A stretch of 64,000 nt of DNA from Felis catus (taxonomy: Eukaryota): NCBI RefSeq assembly GCF_018350175.1, contig NC_058381.1:58280001-58344000 (forward strand), written 5' to 3'. Shown here one piece after another: positions 25,441 through 39,030 of this stretch. Positions within the stretch are counted from its first letter, which is position 1. Each line of letters opens with the position of its first letter. The position numbers and the translations under genes are program-made. Under the pieces are notes generated by a model. That model had not been told where the DNA came from. It saw only the letters and a program-made list of their open reading frames with translations, and did no database searches.

Positions 25441-26445
25441 ACAAGAAAAGGGAACCCGAAGAGTTTCTTGCAACAGTCAAGTGGGAATTAATGTATTCGT
25501 TATGACTAAAGGCATTTAAATGTCACCTCTGGTGTGTCGGGCTGCTGTGGAGCCCAGGAAGCCCTGGGCGGCGCCTGCTGGTGACGGCCACCGGTGCTGA
25601 CACTCCCCAGGCACCTGTGCGTGTCGACTCCCCAACTGACGTACACGGAGCACCTCACTGGACCCTTCATCTGACCCTGAGAGGCAGGTAGGACTGTGTC
25701 ATTACCCCAGTCCAGTGACCCTTAGAGAAGACTGAGAATTTGCCCAAGGCACAAGATGGCCAGTTTTAAATAAAATTTAGGCTGACCGATGAAGGATCTG
25801 TAACAATGCCTTTTGGCAAAATTGGGGGGGGGGGGGGAGTTATGAAGCAAAAAAGTCAAGCTCCTTTCAACCACGGTGTCCCTGTCTGAATAGAGACGGT
25901 CTTCTCTCCTACCATAAACGATTTTAAAAACCTATCTGTTCACAACGACATCATGATTCGTGTGAACTCCCTCTCCCTCTCTCTCTGCCCCTCCTCCTTC
26001 AAAAATAAACAAACTTTAAAAAAATTTTTTTAAGCCTGAGAAAAATGATGCCTACGACAATCCACGAAATTGAAGGCAGATGGGTTCCCACCTTAACTTT
26101 ATTAAGAAGCCCTCATCTGAACTCAACGGAGAAATGAAATTAGATGACACACACTATCCACAGAAAACCAGCTTCTTCTATCTACAGCCTAAGGTCCCTG
26201 AGGGCTCTGCTCATGCCCAACCCCAGGGCCTGCACAGCGCCCAGCTCCCAACAGATGCTCAATAAATAGCTGTGAATACATTCAAACGGACCTGGGGTTA
26301 AAACGGCTACAATCTCCGGGCTGACTCACGCAGACACTAGACAAGATCTTAGAACAGCCAATGTTCACTCCAACACTGAGAGGAGAAAGAAAAGAAGATT
26401 TAAACATTGTATCAAAAAGCCAATGACTAAAAATCAATTCAATAA

Positions 26446-26572
26446 GGGGAGCCCAGCTGGCTCAGTCAGTGGAGCGTTGGACTCTTGATCTCGGGGTTGT
26501 GCGTTCAAGCCCCATGTTGGGAGTAGAGCCTACTTTAAAAAAAAACAAGGAATACAAATAAATTAAAAATAA
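26446..26572 (+). mobile_element. Old short CAN-SINE
   Basis: tRNA-like head with an A tail and no CT tract. Confidence 0.75.
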
Positions 26573-27946
26573 AACACTTCAGTGTCGGGAGGGCAAACTA
26601 ATACAATCAAACACTCGTGTGAGATGCAATTGTGAAAGGGACGGATCGTACTTGCTGGAATCTAGCCTAAGAAAATACTCAAGAAATGTGGGTGAAGTTT
26701 TATCACCAACGTTACAGGGATGACCCTGTCGTGGGACCAAAGTGGAAACTTCTAAATAACCAACAAGAGGGGTAACTAATTAAATGGTGGTGCACCCACA
26801 CGTGCGGCGTTTGGCAGAGGCGGGCCGCCAGGGGACCCAGGCGTCCCTGCACGTCTCTTCGGCCACATCTGGTTGGTCAAGGAGACCACAGCGCAACTCG
26901 CTGGCTCCCAGGGGAGGGGGCCTGGCTTGTCCGCTGCTCGCTACCAAAGGTGCTTGGTCCTCGGCTCCTCAACTGCAGACAGATCCAATTCAAGCGTGGC
27001 CCTCGTCTGGGCCCGTCGCGTCACCCCGTGGAACTCGGGCCGGGGAGGCTGAGGTCCCGCTGAACGCAGCGCCGCTCGTGACCCACTGTCTCCCTACCTG
27101 CTTCCAGCCCCCGCAAGGCTGCGGCCGGCCAGCTGGCCTGCTGGCCTCTATGAGGATGGGGCCCTGCCCTGACAGATGCCGCTAAAACACTGTCCACATA
27201 CACATGTTAACGGCCGAGAAAAGCACACCTGGAAAGCTACAACGGAGTCTGCAGAATGACTGGAGCCCATTTTTAGGTTTACTTTTTAACTGTACATTTT
27301 TCCAAAGGGACTTAGGCGGGCTGACAGCACAGAAAAAAAAAAAAATAAAAAATAAAAACTCTGCAGGAAATTACACCAAAATGTACACAAGTAACGAGCT
27401 AATCACACTCTTCCCTCTCTCTACTTGGCATTTTCGAAATCCTCCATTAGTAAGAATTTTCCAAAGTCCGCCCAAGTGGCAACAGAGTAAGAAGGACACA
27501 CACGATGCCAGACAACCTTCGCGAGCCCCCTAACGCGGCCGAGGGTCAGGCTACCTTCCAGGAGCCCGGAGGGGAGGGAAGGCGGCCGGAAGACACTGGC
27601 AAGGTGACTGGGCTCAGTTCTCCCGCGGGCTCCCTGGCAAGCCAGGTCCCAAGGGGCAGAGGGGAAGGATCTTCCCAGGCCGCTTCCCTCGCTGGACGGA
27701 TCAGAGCGGAAAGAGGGCCTGAGCCCAGGGGCCGCCTGGCAACAGGACAACAGAGGGACGGCGTCTCTAAAAGGAACAAAACAAAAACCACAGACACCTG
27801 GGGAACCAGAGGTGGGGAGGCAGCTACCCTCGCAGCTTCGATAAAGGAGGGAAAAAAAAAACCCAAAGTTGGCTCTGTGGGGGTTTTTGGATTTTTTTCT
27901 TCTCCTTCGATCCCCGCTGAGCCTCTACTTAAAGACCTCTGCCTGA

Positions 27947-28189
27947 GGGCGCCTGGGGGGTCAGCTGGTTGAGCAGCCCATTCTCGATTTCGGGTTTCAC
28001 AGGTTCGTGAGTTCCACCCGGCTTGGGCTCTGTGCTGAGGGTGCGGAGCCTGCTTGGCATCCCCTGTCTCCCTCTCTCTGCCCCTTCCCTGCTCTGGTGC
28101 ACACACGCCCTCTCCCTCTTTCTGAAAAATAAATAAATGTTAAAAGAAAAAAAACAAAACAAAACAAAACAGAAAACCCCAAAAAACCA
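27947..28189 (+). mobile_element. CAN-SINE
   Basis: Head and tail; TSD acctctgcctga / acctctgcttga. Confidence 0.88.
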
Positions 28190-28414
28190 ACCTCTGCTTG
28201 AAAGCTCAAAACGCTCGAAGGGCAATTCTGAACCGCCTGAAGCAAAACCTCATCAACCAGCCGGTTACAGTCGGAGGGCACTTCCTACAATCTGGGACAC
28301 ACAAACCCTCACACCGTCACTGCTCACGATGGACGTGGGAAATGATGAGGTCAGATCAATCTCTGGAGCCCCAGCCCAAGCCACGGCTACCACCACCCAC
28401 CCCGGGGGGGGGGG

Positions 28415-28459
28415 GGGTTCCTCTGCATCTGAGCTCCTGGAGCTTTTAGGAGCTCTGAC

Positions 28460-28499
<40 letters not shown>

Positions 28500-28645
28500 C
28501 ATTCATTCATTCCTGGATCCTACCCTGGAGGGCCCTGGGTAGGTATGGCTCAAGTGGGGCCCCGGAAAACACTGATTTCTTAAAAAAAAAAAAAAAAAAA
28601 AAAACACCCAGGCGATTCTGCAGATGAGCCAGGGATGGGAACCAC
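28415..28645. mobile_element. MER5-like hAT remnant containing (GT)n and poly(A) expansions
   Basis: gtggggccccgga...cccaggcgattctg...gccagggatgggaaccac. Confidence 0.5.
28463..28498. repeat. (GT)~18 microsatellite
   Basis: Read directly. Confidence 0.97.
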
Positions 28646-29166
28646 ACCACGCTTGTCCCAATTTACAAGACGACGAGCTTCAGATAGGTAGATGAACACT
28701 CGTATGTTCATCTTCCTAAGACACCTGCCTGCTCCAACTAGAACAGGTCTCCAGGTGGAACTGGAAACTACGTGGTGATTTTACAAATGTGGATATCTAA
28801 AACCAAAAATTCAGGAACCAGTAAATTCCTTTTATTTATTTTTTTGACCACGGATATCTTGACCCTGGCCTCTTATCCAAATAGTTAGGTTCTTACAGAT
28901 TAACAAAGAACACGATGACATTTTACGAGTTTGAATGCCTTCTCTTAAGGCCAACAAAAAATCCCCCTATCCCACAGACTGTGAGACTTTTAAATAGAAC
29001 TAAAAGGGAATTTTATACACAGTGTACCACATCCCTATCTTTCTAAAAGCTATACAGAACCCAAGGAAGTCTGATGGCATCACTTCTCAAAACCAAAATC
29101 CACCCCAAAATAAGCATTATTCAGCCACCATCATTTCCCCCGACTGTCCAGAAGACTGGACTTTTC

Positions 29167-29379
29167 TTTTTTTTTTCAACGTTTATTTATTTTTGGGACA
29201 GAGAGCGACAGAGCGTGAACGGGGGAGGGGCAGAGAGAGAGGGAGACACAGAATCGGAAACAGGCTCCAGGCTCTGAGCCATCAGCCCAGAGCCCGACGC
29301 GGGGCTCGAACTCACGGACCGCGAGATCGTGACCTGGCTGAAGTCGGACGCTTAACCGACTGCGCCACCCAGGCGCCCC
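29167..29379 (-). mobile_element. Young feline CAN-SINE
   Basis: TSD aagactggacttttct / aagaccggacttttct (one mismatch). Confidence 0.95.
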
Positions 29380-30696
29380 AAGACCGGACTTTTCTCCACT
29401 CCTTCCGCCCTCACCGGCCCTGCACCCCCTCCCTTCCCCGCCCCCCACCCTGTCCCCCGTCTGCAGCTTTGTTTTGGTTTCTGGGTCTGACTTGAATCCT
29501 CATAAAGGCGACCGAGGCTTTCTTGGCACACACACACGTGAACTGATAAAATACGTACTTTTTCAAATAAACACGCTACCTCACGAGCCACCTGCTTTCT
29601 CACCCCGCATCGATCGGCCATCCCCCCCCGCACCTGTCCACACAGAGGGGAGCCTAGTATTCTGCAACACAAACACACCACGATGTACTGAACCGTCTCT
29701 TCGCTGATGAACAGTCAGCGGTTGCCAAGTTCCGGCTCTCGCAGCGACGCTCTGGAGCACGTCCGTGTTCACCAGGACGCGGTCAAACCGTCCTGAGATT
29801 CTGATTTTCTCCAAGTGCCACCCAGTCTCATAGGGACTGTCTCCTTCAGTCCCGCGGCCCCAGGCTGAAATCAGGTGAGGTGTAACCTACTTTTGTGTGG
29901 AAAGCAACCGACCTTGGGTTAGAAGTCAAACTTGACTTCTAACTATGTGCTTTTCTCTAGCAATTGACTTTTTACCATAAAGATGTATTATCTTTATAAT
30001 TTTTTTAAAGCAGAAGTTTAAATTCCTCTTAGTAGAATGCTATAAATACGCACACATCTATGTGTTTAAGAAAACGGGACCTTCAGAAAGAACAGTAGTA
30101 TCTGGCCAAAAATTTGGTTTCGTATCCTTGAAATCTATTTGGGTTGGAAATTAAACCAAATGAGCCTCTGGCACGAAATCTGTGCAAGAGTAAATGCCCC
30201 TAGCCCGCCTCCCCCACGCAAGGAGATGTCCACTGAGATGCGGAGAAGGGCAGATGCCTGGGAAAAATGATCGCCAAATCACGTCATGCCCATATCTCCG
30301 TCCAGAATGATGAACAACTTTTTCCTATCAAGCACCATTGTGCAGGGATGTTTCCATTACCTGGAACCTGGAAAAACTCTCCTTACTCTTGAAGAAAGTA
30401 CAAAAACATTCCTAAGAATCGGCAGCAACAACACAGCCTTCTGACCAAACATGGTCTTTGTTCTCTGGTCGACTGATGACAAACAGGGTTGCTGAGAAGC
30501 AGAAACAGGATGGATGGGTCAAAGTTCATGGCTGCTCTGCATGTGCTCTCCTCCACCTTTGAATCAGGAATGCTCTTCCAGAACCAGAAATGCTTACCAA
30601 GAGCAGACCAAGTCTCCATCAATACTGTAATCCTTACTGTCCACGTGGGACACTTCCCTCCCTAGAAACACCCAGGGACAAAAGTCCTAGGGCGGA

Positions 30697-31430
30697 TGTG
30701 GTCGGCAGAACCACCAAAGATGTCCACAGCCTAGTCCCGGGAACGTGTGGATCTGTTAAATCACACGGCGAAGGGGAAGTGACGCAGAGGGAGTGAAGGT
30801 AGCGCACCAGCTGTCCCGACGATGGGGAGATGATCCCTCTCCCCGGATCGTCTGGCGGGCCCAACGGACCCACCAGGGTCTGTATATAGGAGGAGGAGGC
30901 AGGGGACTCAGGATCAGGATGATGAGATTAAGAGTTTAGCAATAACTGCGGGGGGCGCCTGGGTGGCGCAGTCGGTTAAGCGTCCGATTTCAGCCAGGTC
31001 ACGATCTCGCGGTCCGTGAGTTCGAGCCCCGCGTCAGGCTCTGGGCTGATGGCTCGGAGCCTGGAGCCTGTTTCCGATTCTGTGTCTCCCTCTCTCTCTG
31101 CCCCTCCCCCGTTCATGCTCTGTCTCTCTCTGTCCCAAAAATAAATAAAAACATTGAAAAAAAAATAAAAAAAAAAAAAATAACTGCGGGCTCTGAGATG
31201 GAGGGAGGGGTCAGGGGCCGAGGGACGCAGGCAGCCTCTGAAAGGTGGAAAGGGCAAGGAAAGAATCTCTCCAGGAGCCTCCAGAAGGATCTGGCCCTGC
31301 TGACACCTTGGTTTTAGCCCAGTGAGACCCAGTCTTGTGACCCTCGGGACAATAAGGTAATAAATTTGTGTTGTGTTTGGAGCCAGTAAGCGTGCGATCT
31401 TTTGAGCGGCAGCCACAGGAAGAGAATACA
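30697..31430 (+). mobile_element. MLT1(D-like) ERVL-MaLR solo LTR interrupted by a SINE
   Basis: TG...CA ends; ccaaagatgtccac, gctgacaccttggttttagcccagtgagaccc and taaatttgtgttg motifs. Confidence 0.85.
30952..31180 (+). mobile_element. Young feline CAN-SINE nested in the MLT1 LTR
   Basis: TSD aataactgcggg at 30941-30952 and 31179-31190. Confidence 0.95.
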
Positions 31431-31667
31431 AATACAGCAAAGTCACTGTCCCCGCCTCGCCGACACACGAGGGCACATCCAGAAGCGATCCCGAGTCAGA
31501 GCAGCCTTCCGCCGCCATGTCCGGCTGCTTTCCTGACTTTTTAATCCTGAAGAAAAATTGGTAACCTAGGTCTACTCCTTATCAGGCATTTGTCAAGCAC
31601 GTCAACGCTTCCTAGAATAAAGTAAGCCCACACCACAAATCACCTCCTGTAGAATGCAGGAGCCCCT

Positions 31668-31890
31668 ATTTTTTTTTTATTTTTTAAAAATGTTTGCTTA
31701 TTCTTTTTGAGAGAGACAGAGCGTGAGCAGGGGAGGGGCAGAGAGAGAGGGAGACACAGAATCCAAAGCTGGCTCCAGGCTCCGAGCTGTCAGCACAGAG
31801 CCCGACGCGGGGCCTGAACTTGAGGACCGGACGGATCACGATCATGAGCCGAAGTTGGACGCTTAATCGACTGAGCCACCCAGGCACCCC
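31668..31890 (-). mobile_element. CAN-SINE
   Basis: Head and T-rich tail. Confidence 0.9.
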
Positions 31891-31999
31891 TGGGGGAGCC
31901 CCTCTTAAAGAACCTCCTTGCCGCACTCGTCTTTCAAGAGCAGAATAACCCTATTTTTCGTCTCAATGTTCCTTTTTTAAGACTCGCACTGAAATCTCG

Positions 32000-32650
32000 G
32001 AACGCACGGAAAGCGCTTCCATAACCCTCCCCGCAGCTCAGCGGCAATTCAGCGGCGAAGAGCCTCCCCCTGGGTCACGGCCACAGCCAGCTGCCGCAGG
32101 AACCGAGCCCCCGAACAAAGCACGGGACAGCAGAGGAACGAAGCGGGACGTTTTACAAGTGAGGTGAAGGGCTACGTTCTCATCTCAACTGCACCTCGCG
32201 GGCAGCCACGGGCCCCTTCAGTGGCCTTCGTCTCCCTGTCGGCCACAGACGGAGAGACGGCCGGAGCGACTCCTTCAACGCACTCCGAGAGCCCACAAGG
32301 TCCGGGCCGGCGCCGGGCACCTGGGGCCCGGCCGGTAACCAGAGACGCCGAGGCGGTGGAGACGGAGCGGACGCCGTCACGTGACTGCCGGCAGGTGCTC
32401 TAGGGACGAGCCGGGGCTGGCGGGCAAGGGCACGAACCGGGAGGACGTGGGGAGGAAGGCATCCGAGCCGGGGGAAGAGCCGGCGAGAGGGCCTCTGCGG
32501 GCGGGCTGAGCCGAGGCACAGAGACCTGCGAGCGGCGGACCCGGGGGGCCTCGCTGAGGTCAGCAGCCGCCGAGGCCAGCAGCGGTGGAGGAGCCTCCCC
32601 GCGCCCGCGGCCACAGCCAGAGTCAGACCACCAAGTCCAGGGGGGCGTCC
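32000..32650. promoter_or_regulatory. Intronic CpG-rich element with a palindromic GTCACGTGAC (CLEAR/USF-type E-box) at 32376-32385
   Basis: Local CpG density; motif read directly. Confidence 0.4.
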
Positions 32651-33931
32651 CTAGTTCTGTGGGGTTATCGGAAATCCAGGAAATCATCCTCCAATTACAA
32701 TCCTAAGACTCTTCAGAACTTCTTTTCCGCCACGCTTCGTCTGGGCACAGAGGCAAATCCCTGAAGGTCTCTGTCAAAGTTACCGAAAGGGCTGAAGAAG
32801 AAGCGGTTCCACATCAGGACAAGTCATGGGGACAAGGGAGGAGAAGCGCCCTGGGGGGAGCATCCCAGACCAGGAGCCCCGGAGGCTCCTCGGCTCCAAG
32901 GAGACGGCCCAGGTCACCCAGAAGCTGTGTGCCGCCTCCCTCTCCGTCCAGTGTGGCCCTGACAGGAGGGTGAGGGCCCCCGGCTGGGAACCGGGAGGTG
33001 CGCCCCAGGCACCCCAACGTCCTGAACCACAGGCCCCCTGCGGGAGCTCCCAGGGATGGCCGGCGAGAGCCAAATGTGCAAAAGCCGGCTTTTAAAACTC
33101 CTTCAAACACGGCACTAAATGGGCAATCTCGCGTCACGGTTAGGAATCCAGGTCCCCAAAGTCTGTCTCTGAGCCCGCAGAGCTGAAGCCCTGTGTCAGC
33201 ATCCTCGGTGACCCCTCCAGGGTACCGCTGTCCTGAGGGGGCCCTGCTCAAACGCCGGCCTCTCCGCGGACAGGAGACAAAGCTGCCAAGTCCGAGCCTC
33301 AAGTGGGAAGACGCTGGAAGACGCTCTGTCATTCGCCCGAAGAAATACTATTCTCCAGCCGCGTTCTCCTACTTCACTGTTGACATTTCCTTTCTCAACA
33401 GCCTTTTCTATTTCATCACAAGGGCGAAAAGGCAAGGAGTGGCATGAAAGGTCCCTGTAAGTGGCTGAGAGGCCAACTTCAGTACGATCTGTAAGGGGCG
33501 GGGGTGGGGGGGGAATCACTCACGTTAACTGTCACCTGGTGACCCGACTGCTCGCTGACATTCTGGCTGCCCAACCACAACACAAGCTCTGGCTCTCGGG
33601 ACTCATCAAAGGCCAGCCCGTCACACCCCTGCCACCACACCAAGCCCGGGTCACCAGAGGCCCTGGGAGGGAACGCTGACCTCGAAACTGACACCATCCA
33701 ATAGACGAAGGGCAAGAATGGCCTCCTGTGGAACCCATTTCCAATTTCCCTCCAACTGGAATTGGAACCCTCCAATTTCCACCCTAAAATTAACAGCGGG
33801 CTCTTTCAATCCAAATCCGTTTAATGACCCCCAACATAGGCTGTAACTACAAAACTACCCAAACTATATCAAGACACAGAACTCCGCACCCCAATTCCAG
33901 GAGAAACACAGAGAGCTTAGAAAGCTGATAC

Positions 33932-34153
33932 GGGGCGCCTGGGGGGCTCAGTCGGTTAAGCGTCCGACTTCGGCTCGGGTCACGATCTCGCAGTCCGTGG
34001 GTTCGAGCCCCGCGTGGGGCTCTGTGCTGACTGCTCAGAGCCTGGAGCCTGTTTCAGATTCTGTGTCTCCCTCTCTCTCTCTGCCCCTCCCCCACTTGTA
34101 CTCTGTCTCTCTCTGTCTCAAAAATAAATAAACATTAAAAAAAAGAGGGAGAG
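33932..34153 (+). mobile_element. CAN-SINE
   Basis: TSD agaaagctgatac on both sides. Confidence 0.93.
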
Positions 34154-35189
34154 AGAAAGCTGATACAAAGCACAGAGGGTCCAGAGGAAGTGGGAAAGGG
34201 GGTCTGAAATAATGGGGAATAGGAATGAGCAGACAGCACAGCAGAAGCGACTTCGGGTCTGCGAACCTGGCTGCCACCTATCGGTGAGGCCACCTCACAT
34301 ACACAGCGACCTCTTCACCTGGGGAGGGGCAGGCTCTGTGCTCCTCCCCTGCAGGATCACCCTGAGGACCGAAGGAGAACTCAGGCAAAGTGCTCGGCAG
34401 AAACTCAGCGCAGAGCAGGCTGTGAAGTCCTGCTGTGCTCTGCTGTGCCCCCATCTCATCTCATCCGGCCCCAGAGCCAGGTGCTCCCCCCCCCCCCCAC
34501 CGCCCCCGAACTCTCTCTCACCCAGCACAGTGAAAACCGAACCCTCCAGACTCCCACAGCATTTGCTCACATGGCCATCAGAGCTCCTGCTGTGCGGTCT
34601 TGAAATTTTTCAACATGTCAACTCCACGAGGAGCTTCCTGAAAGCAGGCCTGGATTTTAAAATGCAAGCAAACACCCTGACACCAAGAAGGTAATGAAAA
34701 AAAAATGCTCGACAGGCAGAAAGACGGATGGGTAGAAAGAGAATGAATCAAATGTCTGTCCAAGCATGAATAATTGGGGTGATAGGTAATGGTGGTAAAA
34801 GTGAAAAAAAAAAAAAAAAAACCACAAAGGAAAAGTCTGGAGGGAGGACTAGACTGGAGAGGCAGGACGCCTTCAGACACGCGGAACCTGAGACGGGGAT
34901 GTACGGCCAAGGGGACCGTCCAGCAGGCAGCCAGAAACACGGGAACACAGCTCGAAATCAAAATATCCTCTTAATTTCAGTCACTGGGGCTGCTGGAAGC
35001 CGTGTTTCAGGGAAACACAGAACTTAAAGTAACTTAAGCTAATAGGTGCAAACACACACGCGGCCCCGGCAGCTGCTGGCTACAAAAGCCCCACAGACAG
35101 AAGAACACGAGCCCGGTCCCGCTCGAGGAGCCGTGAGTGAATCCTGTAATTCAAGACTGGCTCAGAATCATTTTCAAAACGTGTATTAA

Positions 35190-35475
35190 TTTTTTTTTTT
35201 AATGTTTTATTTTAGTTTTGAGACGGAGAGAGGCAGAGCACGAGCAGGGGAGGGGCAGAGAGAAAGGGAGACACAGAATCGGAAGTGGGCTCCAGGCTCC
35301 GAGCTGTCAGCACAGAGCCCGACACGGGGCTCGAACCCACGGACTGTGAGATCATGACCTGAGCTGAAGTCGGACGCTCAACCGACTGAGCCCCCCAGGC
35401 ACCCCTATAGTCTTTTTTTTAATACACATTTTGGTGTTTGGGGCGCCTGGGGGGCTCAGTCGGTTGGGCGTCCCT
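35190..35475 (-). mobile_element. CAN-SINE (35190-35405, minus strand) plus a short plus-strand SINE head (~35440-35475)
   Basis: Head and tail motifs. Confidence 0.85.
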
Positions 35476-36870
35476 GCCCAGGAGCACAGCCTTCGCCCTC
35501 AGCACGCCACCTCCCCATTTCCACCTCAGTTGAGCTGGCCCTGGCTCACTCTCTCGGCTTGACATGTCATTTCCCTGCCATCTTCACCTAGTTGGCACCG
35601 ACCGGGCTTCTAGAGCCCAGTTCTGTGAACTGTCGTCCGTCCAGTCCGGTTCGACCCCAGCTCCAGGCAGGACGCCTCCAGCTGCTTACCCAGGGTTTTC
35701 ACACCTGCCACACGCGCTCTGACCCTCGCCCTCAAGGCCTCCACGTCTGTCTTCTAGGCTCCAAGCATGCCTGCCAACGGGGGCTGCACGCTGGGGCAGG
35801 GGGGGGCGGGGGGGGGGTGGCTGACCGAATACGCGCTTCCGAACTGCTTGCCCAGACGGGCCTACGACGGTACTACCGAAGAGGAAAGGTGTTTTGATAG
35901 CAGGACACCGATTCCATCCTTTGCACCAGCATTAATAATTACAATATGCACTGTAACGATGCCAGAGAAAGGTACTCTTCTGAAATAGGAAACCTTGAAG
36001 ACTCAAAAAAAAGGTAAAAAAACAGGAAAAGACTCAGATAAGGAAGGTCATGTCCTGACCCTTGTTAAAGGAGCCAGGCAGCTCAGAAAGCAGCTCACGG
36101 CCACCTCAGCATCACAGAGACAGACACTGCCACACCATCCTGGATAAGGACGGGTAACAAAAATCCCCTACACAGCCTTCAGCCTACCTTGCGTGTTTTT
36201 AGTGCAGAGAGACCCGCAAAACAACATTACCAGCAGTTTCAGAGGATGTGGGACTCACTTCTTGAACATTTCTAAATCATTTTCCACCTCCTCCGTGCCT
36301 CTATTATTGCAACTGAAACTAAGCAACAATAATTAGACAATCAAGAGGCAGTGTGGCAACACAGCCAATGGACAGGTTCGGGCAAAGGACTGTCTCCAGG
36401 AGCCCGCTGTCCGAGCCTTTCGTGCTGGAGGGCGAACAGGAAAGGGGCGGACAGGTCTTCGGGGGCGGACTCCGGCGGCCACCCGGCCCCACGCTGAACC
36501 TCTGCCCCACAATCCAGGGCAACGCGCCCGCACGTCGGCCTCACCCTCGCCAACGGACCCGTGGGTTCGCTCTCACCCTTGAACTGGGAGGCACTCTCCT
36601 TCCGGTTCTTTCTGTAGAACTACCTGATCTTGAATGTTTGAAACACATTAAGGAAAACCCATTTGGCAAGACTGCTTGTGATTAATACACGGGACATTTA
36701 GAAAGAAACGGGTATGAGCCTTAAGATCCCACGGACCGACCCAAGTATCATCATAAGCCAGACCTGTAAGAGCTACCTAACTCATGAGTTCTCCTCTAAA
36801 GGAAAGGTTTGTATCTGGCCAGAAGACAATATATGGGTTGAGAGATCTTCAGTCTTTAGGAGAAAAATTA

Positions 36871-37094
36871 GGTGCGCCTGGGTAGCTCAGTCAGTTGAAC
36901 GTCTAACTCTTGATCTGGGCTCAGGTCATGATCTCACCGGTTCGTGGGTTCAGGCCCCGTGTCGGGCTCTGATGCTGACAGCACAGAGCCTGCTTGGGAT
37001 TCTCTCTCTCCCTCTCTCTCTGCCCCTCCGCTGCTCACACTCTCTCTCAAAATAAACGAACCCTTTCAAATAAAAAAGAGAAACAATTAAAAAA
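36871..37094 (+). mobile_element. CAN-SINE
   Basis: Head, CT tract, tail. Confidence 0.9.
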
Positions 37095-37199
37095 AGATAA
37101 ACAGGTGACCACCACCATTGGGCAAAATCTCACCCCAACCCCAAAATCTCTCCCCATGCTGAAAACATCAGAGTGAGAAAAACAGTCAGTTCATTTGTT

Positions 37200-37560
37200 T
37201 GCAGCCACACAAAAAAAGTTAATCTCAGGTAAGTAAACAAAGAAGCCCTCATCCCACACAAACACGCAGGTCATAATACGCAAAAACGCAAAAGAATCTT
37301 TCAACCCAGCTAGTGATTTAATGAGGTGCCATTTTGTAACCAGTAGATTTGTTTTCTTTAAAAAAAAAGCTTTCAAATGCAAATCCTCACCAGTGGCATA
37401 CTTGCCGTGATACTCAAACACATTCCCCCATACATCGCTAGGAACAGGGTATATCTGTACAGCCCTTTTGGAAAGCAAGTCGGCACCATGTACCAAGAAT
37501 TCTAAAAATGTTTATCGCCTCTGACAGGTTAATATCACCCCTGGAAATCCACCTTAAAGA
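37200..37560 (+). mobile_element. Ancient L1 ORF2 3' remnant
   Basis: tgtacagcccttttggaaagcaa...tctaaaaatg...cccctggaaatccacc. Confidence 0.55.
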
Positions 37561-39030
37561 CCACAAAATGTATAATTATGGTAACCTTATGTTCCAGATT
37601 TTTCTAAGGAAGCCCTGACTTCACAGAACTGTATTGTTTTCCATAAAGGCAAATCACTAAGCGTGTAACTGAAGTTGAGAACAACGAAAGACACCATTAT
37701 CACCGGGGGGAAAAAAAGGAAAACTGGTTTGGCACAGGGTCAAACGCGTACAGAGGAGTGTTCCTGTTTCTGTTTGGGATGGAGGGCGGCAGGTAAAAAC
37801 TTAACCACTGAACATGAACTTCTGCAGCACGGAACCCGGTTCAGTCTACTACTGTTCCCTCAATGGCTGCCGAGGGGTCTGTGCTGGGTCCCAACCCCAC
37901 GCTGGCCTGCCCCGAGGCACAGAGACGAGACAGCAAATCTCCCCTGAAGGCACGGGGCTCCCACCCCTGCCACAGCAGCGCCCACGCACCCCACTGCCCA
38001 CACCTCGTTTCGTCTTCTGATGGCGGAAGTCGGGCCCTGGCTGAGGTCAGCGTGTCCTTCACACAGAAGCTTACTCCTTACAGGCCAGTTCTCCCTCATG
38101 GCGAAACTTGGGACAAGTCTGAAGCTAATGGGAAGCAAGGAGAGTAGGAGCTGTGTTCGAGAAGTAAAGGCCATACATGGCACCACGAGTTCAAAGGTCT
38201 TCAGCGGCTCTGCTCAGATATTTGATGGTCTGATGTCAGAACTGTGACACAGAATCCTGACGGCTAATGCTTCCAAAGTCACTATGGGATGGCCCTGCCC
38301 ACCTCTCCCTCACAATCTGTCCCGAGAGAGAGGTGGACAACACACGGGGACTCTGGAACCGCGATTCCTGGGTCAGAACCTCCCGAGAACCAAGCTAAGG
38401 ACCCTCCAAATACGCACACGCACAAAAACTTTCACGTACGCTTTCGGGAGGGCCCCAGAGGCCCGCTAAGAGGTGGCCTGAAGGTTTACAATGTCCGCTC
38501 AAGTTCAGGAGGCACCAAGGGGAATGGTCACGGAGTCTTTTCTCGGGCAGGGTATCTACGAAGGCAAAAATCCCTCTTCCTCTTGCAAAGAGAACTGTGA
38601 AATCCGCAAAGAATGGTGACCTAAGAAGAGAGCGTGACCCTTTAAAAAAAAAAGTCCCCATTATTTCACAGTGTTTAGAAAGAAACTGGGGGACAAAGAT
38701 CGACCAGCCACAAGCAATAGGCACACCTCTCTTCCAACGTCAATTAAGCTTTTAGAAAATCACCAATTCCACAGTTTTCAAAGAAAACAAAGCCCGAAGG
38801 GGACTTCTGTTGAACTCTCCTCCTACCCCCTGGCCCGGGTCCTCACAGTCCATTGTGCCCCACCATGTGCACCGTGCGAAGCACCCGATACCTGTCCAGT
38901 GAGTTAAGAACCTCTGAATTAAAAAGACGGCATTACAGGGCGCGTCTACGAGAGGAAGGGCATCCGAACTCGAAGGTGCGGTCACTGGGTCTACAGAACA
39001 CCGGAGTCCACGGTCGGGAAAGGCCGTTCT

